From: Candidatus Latescibacterota bacterium
Lineage (GTDB): Bacteria; Latescibacterota; UBA2968; UBA8231
Length of the DNA: 64,000 bases
Assembly (NCBI GenBank): GCA_965204725.1
Contig: OZ242005.1
Coordinates: 2,784,001-2,848,000 of the forward strand
Reading direction: 5' to 3'
Both the position numbers and the translations under genes were made by a program. Below the pieces are notes generated by a model that did not search any database, was not told where the DNA came from, and was given only the letters and a program-made list of their open reading frames with translations. Positions 19,204 to 28,339 of this stretch are shown one piece after another. The stretch's first letter is position 1. The number at the start of each line of letters is the position of its first letter.

Positions 19204-19554
19204 CTAACCCAACGCCAGCGGCAGCAGCGCTTGGTTGTAGCCGACGACTAGGCGCGTCCCGCAGCGGAGCGCGGGTGCTCGGAGCTTGCCGGAACGCCCT
19301 AAAAGAAGCTGGAGCAACTCCTCGTCCGCGGGCCGTTGCGACGTCAGATCGAAGCGGAGGACGCGCTGCCCTTGGGCGACGAATAGCTCGGTCGCGCCCT
19401 TTAGCAGGGCGAGGGCTGCCGTGCCCGCGACCGGTTCTTTGGTCGCACTCTGCACGACGCCATCGGCTATGTTGTTTTGCACGAGAAACTCTCGGGCGCG
19501 CTTGCAGCTTTGTCAGCCGGGGCGGTGGTAGCGCCATTCCAAGGCGTGATCCAT
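19204..19554 (-). CDS. ArsC/Spx/glutaredoxin-like selenoprotein (UxxC), 116 aa
   Basis: GAGAGG RBS. MDHALEWRYHRPG-TGA(19515-19513)-QSCKRAREFL...LLGRSGKLRAPAL...VVGYN gives a UQSC redox motif in a thioredoxin-like fold. Confidence 0.85.
19479..19499 (-). promoter_or_regulatory. Candidate bacterial SECIS hairpin
   Basis: Minus strand GCG-CC-CGAGA-GTT-TCTCG-TGC. The G-led loop lies about 23 nt after the UGA. Confidence 0.55.
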
Positions 19555-19639
19555 TGCGCGGTTCCTCTCATATATAATGGTGCTAGTATTTGACCGTGGT
19601 CCAGGTAGTTCCTACGCTGAAGGGTCCCACCTTTCAGCC

Positions 19640-20500
19640 TCAGCGCTGCAACCACCGCGGCAAGCGAATTTCGGCCGACTGGTGCCAAGCCGTTAGGTAA
19701 AGAGAGGCCGTAAAGCGCACGGCCGTGCGGGCAAACGCCAAGGTCAAGGCGCGCACGCGGGCGTCGCTCTCGTCCTCCCAGTGGCCCAGCAGCGCGTACA
19801 CCTCTTCCACCCGCCGGTTGCTTTCTTTGATCTGGGCGACGATGGCCTTCATCGTCGAATCAAAGGCTACAATGTCCTGCTCAGCCGCCAAATCCTCGGG
19901 CGCAAACCCGAGCCGCTCCACCGATGAATCCACCTGTTCGTGGATCCCTTTGCCTACAACCGTGCCGTCCGCTTGCTCCTTGCCGTTGAAATCCCGGGTC
20001 GTGTGCAGGGGCTGGCAAACGTCTTGGGCGTAGTGGGCGAGAATGCCCGCATAGACGAGGCATTTCTGCTGAATCGCCTCGTTCTCCGGCCACTGGCGAT
20101 GCTCGGCAAAGGCCACGGCTAGCCGCTCGGTCCACTCGGCGATGGCGTAGGGGGCCATCCCGACCCGGGGCGGATCTAGTTGTAGCTCAAAGCACAAGGC
20201 GATAAAGTCAAAGCGCTTTGTTGGAATCGCTCGCCCCTCGAGGTATTCTAGATCGAAATAGTGCTCGCCGTGCTCAGCATGGCTGAGCAAGGGGGCGCGG
20301 CGGTTCTTAAACAAATCTGGATCGAAGACCACGTGGCTGGCCGTGTTGCCACCTTGGCGAAAGAAAGCGGGCACCTCCGCCGGCAGGGTCAGCACCGCTC
20401 CCGCGGTCAGAATTCCGTGTCCATCGCCCCACCAAGCTTGGGCTGGAACGGCCAACCAGCCAAAGGCGACTGCAATCCATGTTGCGCGGATCGCTCTCAT
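19640..20500 (-). CDS. Secreted S1/P1 nuclease / zinc phospholipase C-like protein
   Basis: AQA^WWGDGH mature N-terminus, HYFDLE, AHYAQDVCQPLH, IHEQVD. Confidence 0.85.
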   Translation of the reverse strand: MRAIRATWIAVAFGWLAVPAQAWWGDGHGILTAGAVLTLPAEVPAFFRQGGNTASHVVFDPDLFKNRRAPLLSHAEHGEHYFDLEYLEGRAIPTKRFDFIALCFELQLDPPRVGMAPYAIAEWTERLAVAFAEHRQWPENEAIQQKCLVYAGILAHYAQDVCQPLHTTRDFNGKEQADGTVVGKGIHEQVDSSVERLGFAPEDLAAEQDIVAFDSTMKAIVAQIKESNRRVEEVYALLGHWEDESDARVRALTLAFARTAVRFTASLYLTAWHQSAEIRLPRWLQR

Positions 20501-20569
20501 TGGTTTGCATCCTTTCCTTGTGCAAATTCTAAGCAGGTGCCAACAACCCTCAATCTCGAGGATCATAAG

Positions 20570-21397
20570 ATGAAACTCTCACTATCGGTCCGCGTAGCCG
20601 AAAAATTCCACGCCAAGCGCGAAGCCAATATGACGCTCGAACAATTGGCCATCCTCGCTGTTGAGCACGGCTACGAAGCCCTCTGTCTGCGCGCCTCGCA
20701 GGTGGGTACGCATACCCCGCCCGAGACGGTTGCCGCTGCGCGCGCCCTTCTCGGCCGCTACTCGCTGGCCGTCTCCATGCTCACCGGCGACTTCCCCATC
20801 CCCGAAAACTCGGACCAAGGGCCGGATGCCCTCCGCAATATAACGCCCTATCTCGATCTAGCCGAACAGCTCGGTGCTCCACTGCTGCGCGTCTGTCTAA
20901 AAAAAGACGAGGATATCGCTTGGGCGCGTCGGGCTGCGGACGAAGCCGCCGAGCGCGACACGCGCCTAGCCCACCAGTGCCACACCCGCAGTTTGTTCGA
21001 GGAAATTGACCGCTCGCTGCAAGTTTTGGCGAGCATTGGCCGCCCCAATTTCGGCCTGATCTACGAACCAGCCAACCTAGAGTTATGCGGCCAGCCTTAC
21101 GCGCTCGATGCCATCCGCCGCCTCGCGCCGCACCTATTCAACGTGTATCTGCAAAATCAGGTCTTGACCTCCGATGGGCCAGACGCCATCGCTACGTGGT
21201 GCCGCGGCGAGGTGCGGTTTCGCCAGATTCCCTTGTGGCAAGAAGGGGGCATTCGCTTTCCGCCGCTGATTGACGCGCTACACGCGGTCGGCTACGAGGG
21301 CTATGTAACGGTCCATCAGGCTTCGGCCGAACTGGGCACTGAAGCCGCTGTCTCCGAGAGTGCCCGCTATCTCAAGCGGCTTTTGGCGGCCAATTGA
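20570..21397 (+). CDS. Sugar phosphate isomerase/epimerase (xylose isomerase-like TIM barrel)
   Basis: GLIYEPANL, GYEGYVTVH and an AP-endonuclease-2-like pattern. Confidence 0.8.
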   Translation: MKLSLSVRVAEKFHAKREANMTLEQLAILAVEHGYEALCLRASQVGTHTPPETVAAARALLGRYSLAVSMLTGDFPIPENSDQGPDALRNITPYLDLAEQLGAPLLRVCLKKDEDIAWARRAADEAAERDTRLAHQCHTRSLFEEIDRSLQVLASIGRPNFGLIYEPANLELCGQPYALDAIRRLAPHLFNVYLQNQVLTSDGPDAIATWCRGEVRFRQIPLWQEGGIRFPPLIDALHAVGYEGYVTVHQASAELGTEAAVSESARYLKRLLAAN

Positions 21398-21421
21398 CAA
21401 CGCCTATGCGTAAATTAGATT
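21394..21421 (+). promoter_or_regulatory. Putative sigma70 promoter of the peroxiredoxin gene
   Basis: TTGACA-16nt-TAGATT. Confidence 0.4.
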
Positions 21422-21470
21422 AAATGTCCGTTTGCGAACCCCCATCATAGTAGGAATAAGGAGAACCGTC

Positions 21471-22109
21471 ATGGCTGTCCAACTGGGCGACGAAGCCCCG
21501 GATTTTAGCGCGGAAACCACCGCAGGCCCCATCAACTTTCACGAATGGCTCGGCGATTCTTGGGGAGTGCTCTTTTCCCACCCCGCCGACTTCACGCCGG
21601 TCTGCACCACAGAGTTAGGTGCAGTCGCCAATATCGAAGAGGAGTTCAAAAAGCGCGGCGTCAAAATCATCGCCTTGAGCGTCAACTCGGTGGATGACCA
21701 CGAGGGCTGGATCGCCGACATCAACGAGACCCAAAACGCCGAGGTCGCCTTCCCGATGATCGCTGACCCCGAGCGCAAGGTCGCCCAGCTCTACGATATG
21801 ATCCACCCCAACGCGCTCGACAATATGACCGTGCGCTCGGTTTTCGTCATTGGCCCAGATAAAAAGGTCAAGCTGACGCTGACGTACCCGGCCTCGACCG
21901 GCCGCAACTTCGACGAAATTTTGCGCGTGATCGACTCGCTGCAACTGACGGCCAACTACTCGGTCGCCACCCCGGCCAACTGGCAAGACGGCGACGACTG
22001 CATCGTGGTCCCGGCCCTCTCGGACGAGGAAGCCACCGAGAAGTTTCCCCAAGGCTTCACAGCGGTTAAGCCCTATCTGCGCGTCACGCCGCAACCCAAC
22101 AGGAGGTAA
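21471..22109 (+). CDS. 1-Cys peroxiredoxin (Prx6 family)
   Basis: SHPADFTPVCTTELG, YPASTGRNFDE, ATPANW. Confidence 0.95.
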   Translation: MAVQLGDEAPDFSAETTAGPINFHEWLGDSWGVLFSHPADFTPVCTTELGAVANIEEEFKKRGVKIIALSVNSVDDHEGWIADINETQNAEVAFPMIADPERKVAQLYDMIHPNALDNMTVRSVFVIGPDKKVKLTLTYPASTGRNFDEILRVIDSLQLTANYSVATPANWQDGDDCIVVPALSDEEATEKFPQGFTAVKPYLRVTPQPNRR

Positions 22110-22112
22110 GTT

Positions 22113-23201
22113 ATGAATTCAACTTGGTTCGATAGGCTAGCTCGGATGGGTGCGTTGGCCGCGCTGATGTGGTGTGCGGCGGCCAACGCAGAATTTCTGA
22201 CCGTGGTGTCTTGGGGCGGTTCCTACGCACGCGCCTGCGTAAAAGGCTACCACGAGGCGTTTACGGCCGAGACCGGCATTGAAGTTCGCTTGGAGGACTA
22301 CAACGGCGGCCTCGCCCAGTTGCGCGCCCAAGTGGATGCGGGAAACGTGCATTGGGACGTGGTGGATATGGAGGTCGCCGATGCCATGACCGGCTGCGAC
22401 GAGGGCTTGCTCGAAGTCTTGGACTTTGACCTGCCGCCGGGGGCAAATGGCGAAGCCCCAGAGGACGACTTTTACCCGGAAACTATGGGCGAATGCGGCT
22501 TTGGCACGTTGTTCTATTCGACCATCTACGCGTACCGCACAGACCATTTTGAGGAGCGCGAACCAGAGACCATCGCCGACTTTTTCGACCTCGAGGCGTT
22601 CCCGGGCCGGCGCGGGATGCGGCGCGTACCGGCCGTAAACTTGGAGTTCGCTCTGATGGCCGACGGAGTGCCCCCAGATTCGGTGTACGCCACCCTCGAC
22701 ACGCCCGAGGGAGTCAGCCGCGCATTCCGCAAGCTCGACACCATCAAGGATCAGGTGGTTTGGTGGGAAGCCGGGGCGCAGCCGCCGCAGATGCTCGCAG
22801 ACCGCGAAGTGGTGATGACCACAGCGTACAACGGGCGCATCTTCAATGCACAAATTTTGGAAAAGCAGCCTTTTACCATCGTCTGGGATGGCCAAGTGCT
22901 AGACACCGGCCAGCTCGTCATCGCGGCGGGTGCGCCGAATTTGGAGGCCGCACGCAAGTTCCTCGCCTTTGCGGCGCGTCCAGAGTCCATGGCCGGTGTG
23001 GGCCGCTACATTGCCTACGCGCCCGCACGTCGCTCGGGTGATGATTTAATCACGGTCCACGCCGAGACCGGCGAGGAGATGGCCGCGCACATGCCCACAC
23101 ACCCAATCAACGTGACGGGCGCACTGTACAACGACTGGCGTTGGTGGAGAGACAACATGGACGAGATGAACGAGCACTTCAGCGCTTGGCTAGCGCGCTA
23201 G
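22113..23201 (+). CDS. ABC transporter substrate-binding protein (polyamine/PotD-like), orphan
   Basis: VSWGGSY, WDVVD, DFFDLEAFPGRRG, AYNGRI. Confidence 0.88.
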   Translation: MNSTWFDRLARMGALAALMWCAAANAEFLTVVSWGGSYARACVKGYHEAFTAETGIEVRLEDYNGGLAQLRAQVDAGNVHWDVVDMEVADAMTGCDEGLLEVLDFDLPPGANGEAPEDDFYPETMGECGFGTLFYSTIYAYRTDHFEEREPETIADFFDLEAFPGRRGMRRVPAVNLEFALMADGVPPDSVYATLDTPEGVSRAFRKLDTIKDQVVWWEAGAQPPQMLADREVVMTTAYNGRIFNAQILEKQPFTIVWDGQVLDTGQLVIAAGAPNLEAARKFLAFAARPESMAGVGRYIAYAPARRSGDDLITVHAETGEEMAAHMPTHPINVTGALYNDWRWWRDNMDEMNEHFSAWLAR

Positions 23202-23237
23202 AAGCGGGAAATTGGAGTGAAGCAGCCGTCCGCCAGC

Positions 23238-23274
23238 GGGCCGGGGCCTCTGTATTGGCCTCGGCCCATTTTTT
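23238..23274. terminator. Probable bidirectional terminator
   Basis: GGGCCGGGGCC-8nt-GGCCTCGGCCC-ATTTTTT between convergent genes. Confidence 0.6.
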
Positions 23275-24109
23275 ATAATTCGGCGAAAATCGCCTCGACA
23301 TCCGCCGTTTTTTGCCACTTGGCGAATTCTTTTTCCATGGTAGGCGACCACTTGCGATCCACCTCCCCAGGCGTGTAGCGACCATCGGCAATGCTCTTCT
23401 TGCCCCAATAGTCGCGCAGGCGGGTGTTTTCGGAGGACTCCACGACTTCGCGGGCGTATTGCGGCGGCACGAAAATCGCGCCCGTGGGGGTCGCCAGCAC
23501 GACATCGCCCGGCATACAGGTCGCGGCCCCTATCCGCACCGGGCCGTTGATCTCGGCCATGGTCACTTCGCCAATTGCCGAGGGATGTAGCCCTTTACAG
23601 AGCACGTTGATCGGCAGCTTACGCACGCGGTGATCGTCGCGGATGCCGCCATCGACGATTAGGCCCGTACCCTCGGTGTTGGCCGCGATCGCCGTGCCTA
23701 GATTGTCGCCGATAAAGGTCCCGCGCAGCACCTTGCCGAACAGATCGACAACCAATACGTCGTTAGCACCCAAGGTGTCGATGACCCAGCTATTCTGACC
23801 GCCGATCCGGCCGTGCCGCTCGCCTTCGGCCTGCACGACGCCGTCGAAGTCGGGCCGGTGCGGGATGTAGCGGGCCGTCACCGCGCGGCCGACGAGCACG
23901 CGTTTTGGATGCAGGTTGATCCAGTCGCCTTCAAACTGAAACGAATGCCCCTTGCCCATCAGCACTCCCCAGGCTTCCTCAATGGTCACCCGCTTCATCC
24001 GCTCCACGATATCGCCATTGACTTTAGGCCGCCCGTCGCGAAAACGCGGACCTGTGTACGCACTCGTTATGCTCTTTATCTTGCTCGGTGCGTTGAGTTC
24101 AAACGCCAT
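23273..24109 (-). CDS. RraA/HMG-aldolase family protein
   Basis: GRAVTA, FIGDNLG, VDGGIRD, PGDVV. Confidence 0.85.
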   Translation of the reverse strand: MAFELNAPSKIKSITSAYTGPRFRDGRPKVNGDIVERMKRVTIEEAWGVLMGKGHSFQFEGDWINLHPKRVLVGRAVTARYIPHRPDFDGVVQAEGERHGRIGGQNSWVIDTLGANDVLVVDLFGKVLRGTFIGDNLGTAIAANTEGTGLIVDGGIRDDHRVRKLPINVLCKGLHPSAIGEVTMAEINGPVRIGAATCMPGDVVLATPTGAIFVPPQYAREVVESSENTRLRDYWGKKSIADGRYTPGEVDRKWSPTMEKEFAKWQKTADVEAIFAEL

Positions 24110-24202
24110 GGTCGCTCCGTTTCGAGAAAAAAAATGGTCGCGCATCCTTTGCGGACCGCAACCAAGCTAATACATCTCGCCCGAGCGTCAACTCGACCGA
24201 GG

Positions 24203-24619
24203 CTAGAAGGGCAGATCGTCGCCGTTGGGCCCGGTCGCAGGAGCGGCGGCGAGTGCGTGGCCGTTTTCCACGACGGCCTCGGCGGCCCGCTCCGCGCCGA
24301 GCATTTTCATGGTGCTGGCGACGATTTCGGTGGTCTGGCGCTTATGGCCCTGCTGATCTTCCCAAGAGCGCGTTTGCAGCTTGCCCTCAATGTAGATCTT
24401 GCTGCCCTTTTTTAAGTACTGACCAGCGATTTCGGCAAGGCGCTGCCACAAGACGATGCGGTGCCATTCGGTGCGCTCTTGGCGCTGCCCGTTCTTGTCG
24501 TTCCACGACTCGCTGGTGGCCAAGCTGAAGTTGGCAACCTGCGCGCCGCTGGGGGTAAAGCGCGTCTCGGGATCAGACCCCAAGTTGCCGATGAGTAAAA
24601 CCTTGTTGAGACTCGACAT
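24203..24619 (-). CDS. ssb: Single-stranded DNA-binding protein
   Basis: [30 protein letters not shown]-terminal DDLPF. Confidence 0.97.
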   Translation of the reverse strand: MSSLNKVLLIGNLGSDPETRFTPSGAQVANFSLATSESWNDKNGQRQERTEWHRIVLWQRLAEIAGQYLKKGSKIYIEGKLQTRSWEDQQGHKRQTTEIVASTMKMLGAERAAEAVVENGHALAAAPATGPNGDDLPF

Positions 24620-24620
24620 A

Positions 24621-24830
24621 TTACTGCTCCTTTTGGTTGTGCAGGCTGAGATAATCCTGCTTCCACTCGCTGCGCTGACGGCGTTTGCGCGCTTGGGGCG
24701 TCTCGATGCCGTAGCGACGACAGAGGCGGCTGAAGCTGCCCGGGGCAATGCCCAAGGCCGAGCCGGCGTCGTGGTTGCTGGCGTATATGCGCGCGGCGCG
24801 TTCGATGCGATCTTTGGCGATAGGCGGCAT
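24621..24830 (-). CDS. Small basic helix-turn-helix-like protein (69 aa)
   Basis: [42 protein letters not shown] resembles a Fis-type HTH. Stop abuts the ssb start. Confidence 0.7.
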   Translation of the reverse strand: MPPIAKDRIERAARIYASNHDAGSALGIAPGSFSRLCRRYGIETPQARKRRQRSEWKQDYLSLHNQKEQ

Positions 24831-24850
24831 GATTTTCCTTTTGGGCAAGG

Positions 24851-24994
24851 TTAGGTGAGATAGCGAAAAACGGGAAAGCTCCAGACGACGAAGATCGCTC
24901 CTGTACACATTGGCCCTAGTCGGCTCACTTGGCGCTGGGTGCGCTTGTTTTTGCTCACCTCGCGCAAGGCGTGAAACGCAAAAATCGGGTTCAT
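24851..24994 (-). CDS. Putative 47-aa small protein, first ORF of the ssb operon
   Basis: AGGAG RBS 7 nt upstream. MNPIFAFHALREVSKNKRTQRQVSRLGPMCTGAIFVVWSFPVFRYLT. Confidence 0.4.
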   Translation of the reverse strand: MNPIFAFHALREVSKNKRTQRQVSRLGPMCTGAIFVVWSFPVFRYLT

Positions 24995-25040
24995 TGCTCT
25001 GCTCCTATGGCCAGCTTTTTACTTTGATTACCTGCACAAA

Positions 25041-25069
25041 AAGATAGTAAACATTTGTGTAGAAGTCAA
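25041..25069 (-). promoter_or_regulatory. sigma70 promoter with imperfect palindromic operator in the spacer
   Basis: Minus strand TTGACT-17nt-TATCTT. The spacer contains TACAC-AAAT-GTTTA. Confidence 0.6.
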
Positions 25070-25302
25070 GAAATTTGCCCCCTTTTTTTGCCTCCTTTTA
25101 CGGGGATTTTCCCATCTATCCCAAAAACAATAACTTATTGATATAAAAAAACTTTTTCAACTTAATAAATTTCCATTAAAATACGATAAAACAAAGAGTG
25201 TATCGGCCGACAAACTCGGTAGTGTCGCACGGTGCTTTGTTTGTTAGATTAGTGGGTACTAATGGCACAATGGCTGCGAGCCTACGAGAAAGGAGAAAAG
25301 CC

Positions 25303-25716
25303 ATGAGTACGGTACTCGTCCACATTGGCGTCCGGGCCACAGACCTCGAAAAGACCATTCGCTTTTGGCGCGATGGCCTCGGCCTGCCCGTGGTATCGAC
25401 CCACGGGAGCTGCTACGACCTCAGCGACGGCCACCACAACTTCCGAGTCTTCCAGCACAACGGCCCGAGCCGCCCCCCGCACGTCAGTGGGATGCTCGAC
25501 TACCTCCACATCGGCGTGCGGGTGCCCGACCTCGCAGAGGCCGGTCGTCGCCTGTTGGAGATGGGCTATGAAATTTTTTCCGATGGCTTGGGCGGCAAAG
25601 AGCCGATTGATGTCCACGACATCCGCGAAGGGGCCTTCAAGGTTGAAGACCCAGACGGCATTACCGTGGACGTAACGGCCAGCGACGGTCAATGGCCGGG
25701 TGCGGTCCTCCAGTAG
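25303..25716 (+). CDS. VOC/glyoxalase family protein
   Basis: HIGVRATDLEKTIRFW, LHIGVRV, EDPDGITVDV. Confidence 0.88.
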   Translation: MSTVLVHIGVRATDLEKTIRFWRDGLGLPVVSTHGSCYDLSDGHHNFRVFQHNGPSRPPHVSGMLDYLHIGVRVPDLAEAGRRLLEMGYEIFSDGLGGKEPIDVHDIREGAFKVEDPDGITVDVTASDGQWPGAVLQ

Positions 25717-25758
25717 CCCGCCTCCCTCCCAATCCTTACCTCAAATCGAGAGGATCTA

Positions 25759-27159
25759 ATGCCAGCTAAAAAGACCAACGTCATCATCTTAGGCATCGAC
25801 AGCTTGCGCGCCGATCATCTGAGTTGCTATGGCTACCACCGCCAGACCACGCCCCACATCGACCGCTTTGCCGCAGACGCCGTGCTCTTTGAAAAGAACT
25901 ACTCGGCCCACATTCCCACGACTTCGGCCTACGCCTCCATGCTCACCGGCCTCGACTGCTTCGGCACCAGCGTCGTGGCCCTGCGCCACCGCGGCGGCCT
26001 GCCCAAAAAAATTCGCACTCTGCCCGAGATCCTCCGCCGAAGCGGCTATAACACCGCGTGCGTCGGATTCACGGGCAACCCAAGTTCGCGTGGCTTCAGC
26101 CGCTACTTGGACTACCCAAGTTGGGGTTCCTTTGCCGAAGGCCGCAGCCCCAAGGCCGAAAACCTCAACCAAGTCGCCATCCCCGAGCTGGAGCGGCTCG
26201 CGCGCTCCAAGAAGCCCTTCTTCCTCTTCTTGCGCCACATGGACCCGCACGCCCCCTATCTGCCGCCGGCCCCGTTTGAGCGGATGTTTTATAGCGGCAA
26301 CGAATTCGACCCGAAAAACAAGAGCATGGAGCCGGTGTTTAGCTTCAAGCCCTTCTGCGACTTCTTTGCCGACTGGATGCCGCCCGGGGTGCGGGACCGC
26401 CACTACGTGGACGCCCAGTACGACGGTGCCATCGCCTATATGGACGCCTGCATTCAGCGCATCCTCACCCGCGTCGAAGAGCTGGGCTTGAGCGACAACA
26501 CCTTAATCGTCATCAACGGCGATCACGGCGAGACCCTGTACGAACACGAATGCTGGTACGACCATCACGGCCTCTACGAAAACACGCTGCACGTGCCGCT
26601 GATCATCCGCCTGCCCGGCAAGTTGCCCGCTGGCCAGCGCGTCGGGGGCATCGCGCTGCACCAAGATTTGGTCCCCACCGTGCTCAAGCTCCTCAACATC
26701 CGCACGGACATCGCATTCGATGGGCGGTCGCTGCTGCCGCTGATCGCGGGCCAAAGGGCTTCCAACTACTCGGACTTTTACATCACCGAATGCACTTGGA
26801 TGCGCAAACACGGCTGGCGTACCCCGGAGTGGAAGCTGATGGTCGCGCTAGAGCCGGACTTTCACTTTAAGCCCGAAGTCGAGCTCTACAACTTGGTCGC
26901 CGACCCGCTGGAGCTGAAAAACTTGGCCAAGAAAGAGCCGGGGATCGCTGCCGCCCTGAAGGATCGGATGGAGGCTTGGATCGCCAAACGCGAGCGGGAG
27001 ACGGGCGCGACCAACCCAATGTTCACCAATTTGCAATGGCATGGCTCGAAAACGCACGAGGGGCCGTTCAAGACATCGCAACAGGCGTACGACACCCTGC
27101 ACATCGGCTCGGTAGGTGCGGCCGACAGATTGCAGGCGGCGGACAGAAAGGGGTCGTAG
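25759..27159 (+). CDS. Sulfatase-like alkaline phosphatase superfamily hydrolase
   Basis: IDSLRADHL, PTTSAYASMLTG, DPHAPY, GDHGE, LHVPLI. Confidence 0.88.
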   Translation: MPAKKTNVIILGIDSLRADHLSCYGYHRQTTPHIDRFAADAVLFEKNYSAHIPTTSAYASMLTGLDCFGTSVVALRHRGGLPKKIRTLPEILRRSGYNTACVGFTGNPSSRGFSRYLDYPSWGSFAEGRSPKAENLNQVAIPELERLARSKKPFFLFLRHMDPHAPYLPPAPFERMFYSGNEFDPKNKSMEPVFSFKPFCDFFADWMPPGVRDRHYVDAQYDGAIAYMDACIQRILTRVEELGLSDNTLIVINGDHGETLYEHECWYDHHGLYENTLHVPLIIRLPGKLPAGQRVGGIALHQDLVPTVLKLLNIRTDIAFDGRSLLPLIAGQRASNYSDFYITECTWMRKHGWRTPEWKLMVALEPDFHFKPEVELYNLVADPLELKNLAKKEPGIAAALKDRMEAWIAKRERETGATNPMFTNLQWHGSKTHEGPFKTSQQAYDTLHIGSVGAADRLQAADRKGS

Positions 27160-27210
27160 CGATGCCCCGCCCGCTCCTATATTGCGAGGCACTTTAGAGG
27201 GGAGCACACC

Positions 27211-27774
27211 ATGACCACCCAGCCGCAGGGCCGCGTCTTCACGGTCGGCGAGTACTACCGCATGGCCGAGGTCAACATTCTTACCGAGGAGGACCGCGTT
27301 GAGCTTATCGCCGGGCAGATCGTCGCCATGAGCCCCATTGGTAGCCGGCACGCCGCTTGTGTCGATCGGCTCAACGGCTTACTGCATCGCCAGCCGGGGC
27401 CAGCCTTCATCGTGCGAGTGCAAAGCCCCATCGCCCTCGACGCGTACTCCGAACCGGAGCCTGACCTAGTGCTGCTCGAGCCCCGCGCCGACTTTTACGC
27501 GGCGGCTCATCCGTCGGCCGGCGATGTGCTGCTAGCCATTGAAGTCGCCGACACCTCGGCGAGCTACGACCGCGAGGTCAAGGTGCCGCTCTACGCGCAA
27601 GCCGGGCTTCCCGAAGTGTGGCTGATCGATCTGCAACAAGGCCGCATTGAGGTGTTCGCCCGTCCCCAAGGCAACGCCTACCAACAGCGCGTCGAAGTCG
27701 CCGCCGACGATGCCTTCACCTCGCCGACCGTCGCTGGCCTAACACTGACGGCCGCCGACCTGTTGGGGAGCTAG
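27211..27774 (+). CDS. Uma2-family putative endonuclease (copy 1)
   Basis: RVELIAGQI, EPEPDL, IEVAD, KVPLYAQAG, EVWLIDL. Confidence 0.92.
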   Translation: MTTQPQGRVFTVGEYYRMAEVNILTEEDRVELIAGQIVAMSPIGSRHAACVDRLNGLLHRQPGPAFIVRVQSPIALDAYSEPEPDLVLLEPRADFYAAAHPSAGDVLLAIEVADTSASYDREVKVPLYAQAGLPEVWLIDLQQGRIEVFARPQGNAYQQRVEVAADDAFTSPTVAGLTLTAADLLGS

Positions 27775-27776
27775 CT

Positions 27777-28337
27777 ATGACCACTCAGCCGCAGGGCCGC
27801 GTCTTCACGGTCGGCGAGTACTACCGCATGGCCGAGGCGAGCATTCTTACCGAGGAGGACCGCGTTGAACTTATCGCCGGGCAGATCGTCGCCATGAGCC
27901 CCATTGGCAGCCGACACGCCGCTTGTGTAAAACGCCTCAATCTGTTGCTGGGAAAAATGATCGGGGATTCCATGCTGCTCGGCGTCCAAGACCCCATCGC
28001 CCTCGACGCGTACTCCGAACCGGAGCCTGACCTAGTGTTGCTCCGGCCCCGCGCCGACTTTTACGCTACCGCCCATCCGGCGGCAGGCGACGTGCTGCTG
28101 GCCATTGAAGTCGCCGACACCTCGGCGAGCTACGACCGCGAGGTCAAGGTGCCGCTCTACGCGCAGGCCGGGATTCCCGAAGTGTGGCTGATCGATCTGC
28201 AACAAGGCCGCATTGAGGTGTACGCCCGTCCCCAAGGCAACGCCTACCAACAGCGCATCCAAGTCGCCGCCAACGATGCCTTCACCTCGCCGACCGTCGC
28301 CGGCCTAACACTGGCGGCAGCCGACCTGTTGGGCTGA
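27777..28337 (+). CDS. Uma2-family putative endonuclease (copy 2, tandem paralogue)
   Basis: Near-identical to copy 1 apart from a divergent central block. Confidence 0.92.
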   Translation: MTTQPQGRVFTVGEYYRMAEASILTEEDRVELIAGQIVAMSPIGSRHAACVKRLNLLLGKMIGDSMLLGVQDPIALDAYSEPEPDLVLLRPRADFYATAHPAAGDVLLAIEVADTSASYDREVKVPLYAQAGIPEVWLIDLQQGRIEVYARPQGNAYQQRIQVAANDAFTSPTVAGLTLAAADLLG

Positions 28338-28339
28338 CT

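Noticed and set aside
487-19554. Genome-wide UGA reassignment (genetic code 4 or 25)
   Set aside because: Many full-length genes end normally at TGA (e.g. 1642, 4339, 7367). The two read-through cases fall at Cys-equivalent positions with hairpins, which fits Sec.
24995-25200. Replication origin suggested by an AT-rich stretch
   Set aside because: No clustered DnaA boxes (TTATCCACA) seen. Explained by divergent promoters.
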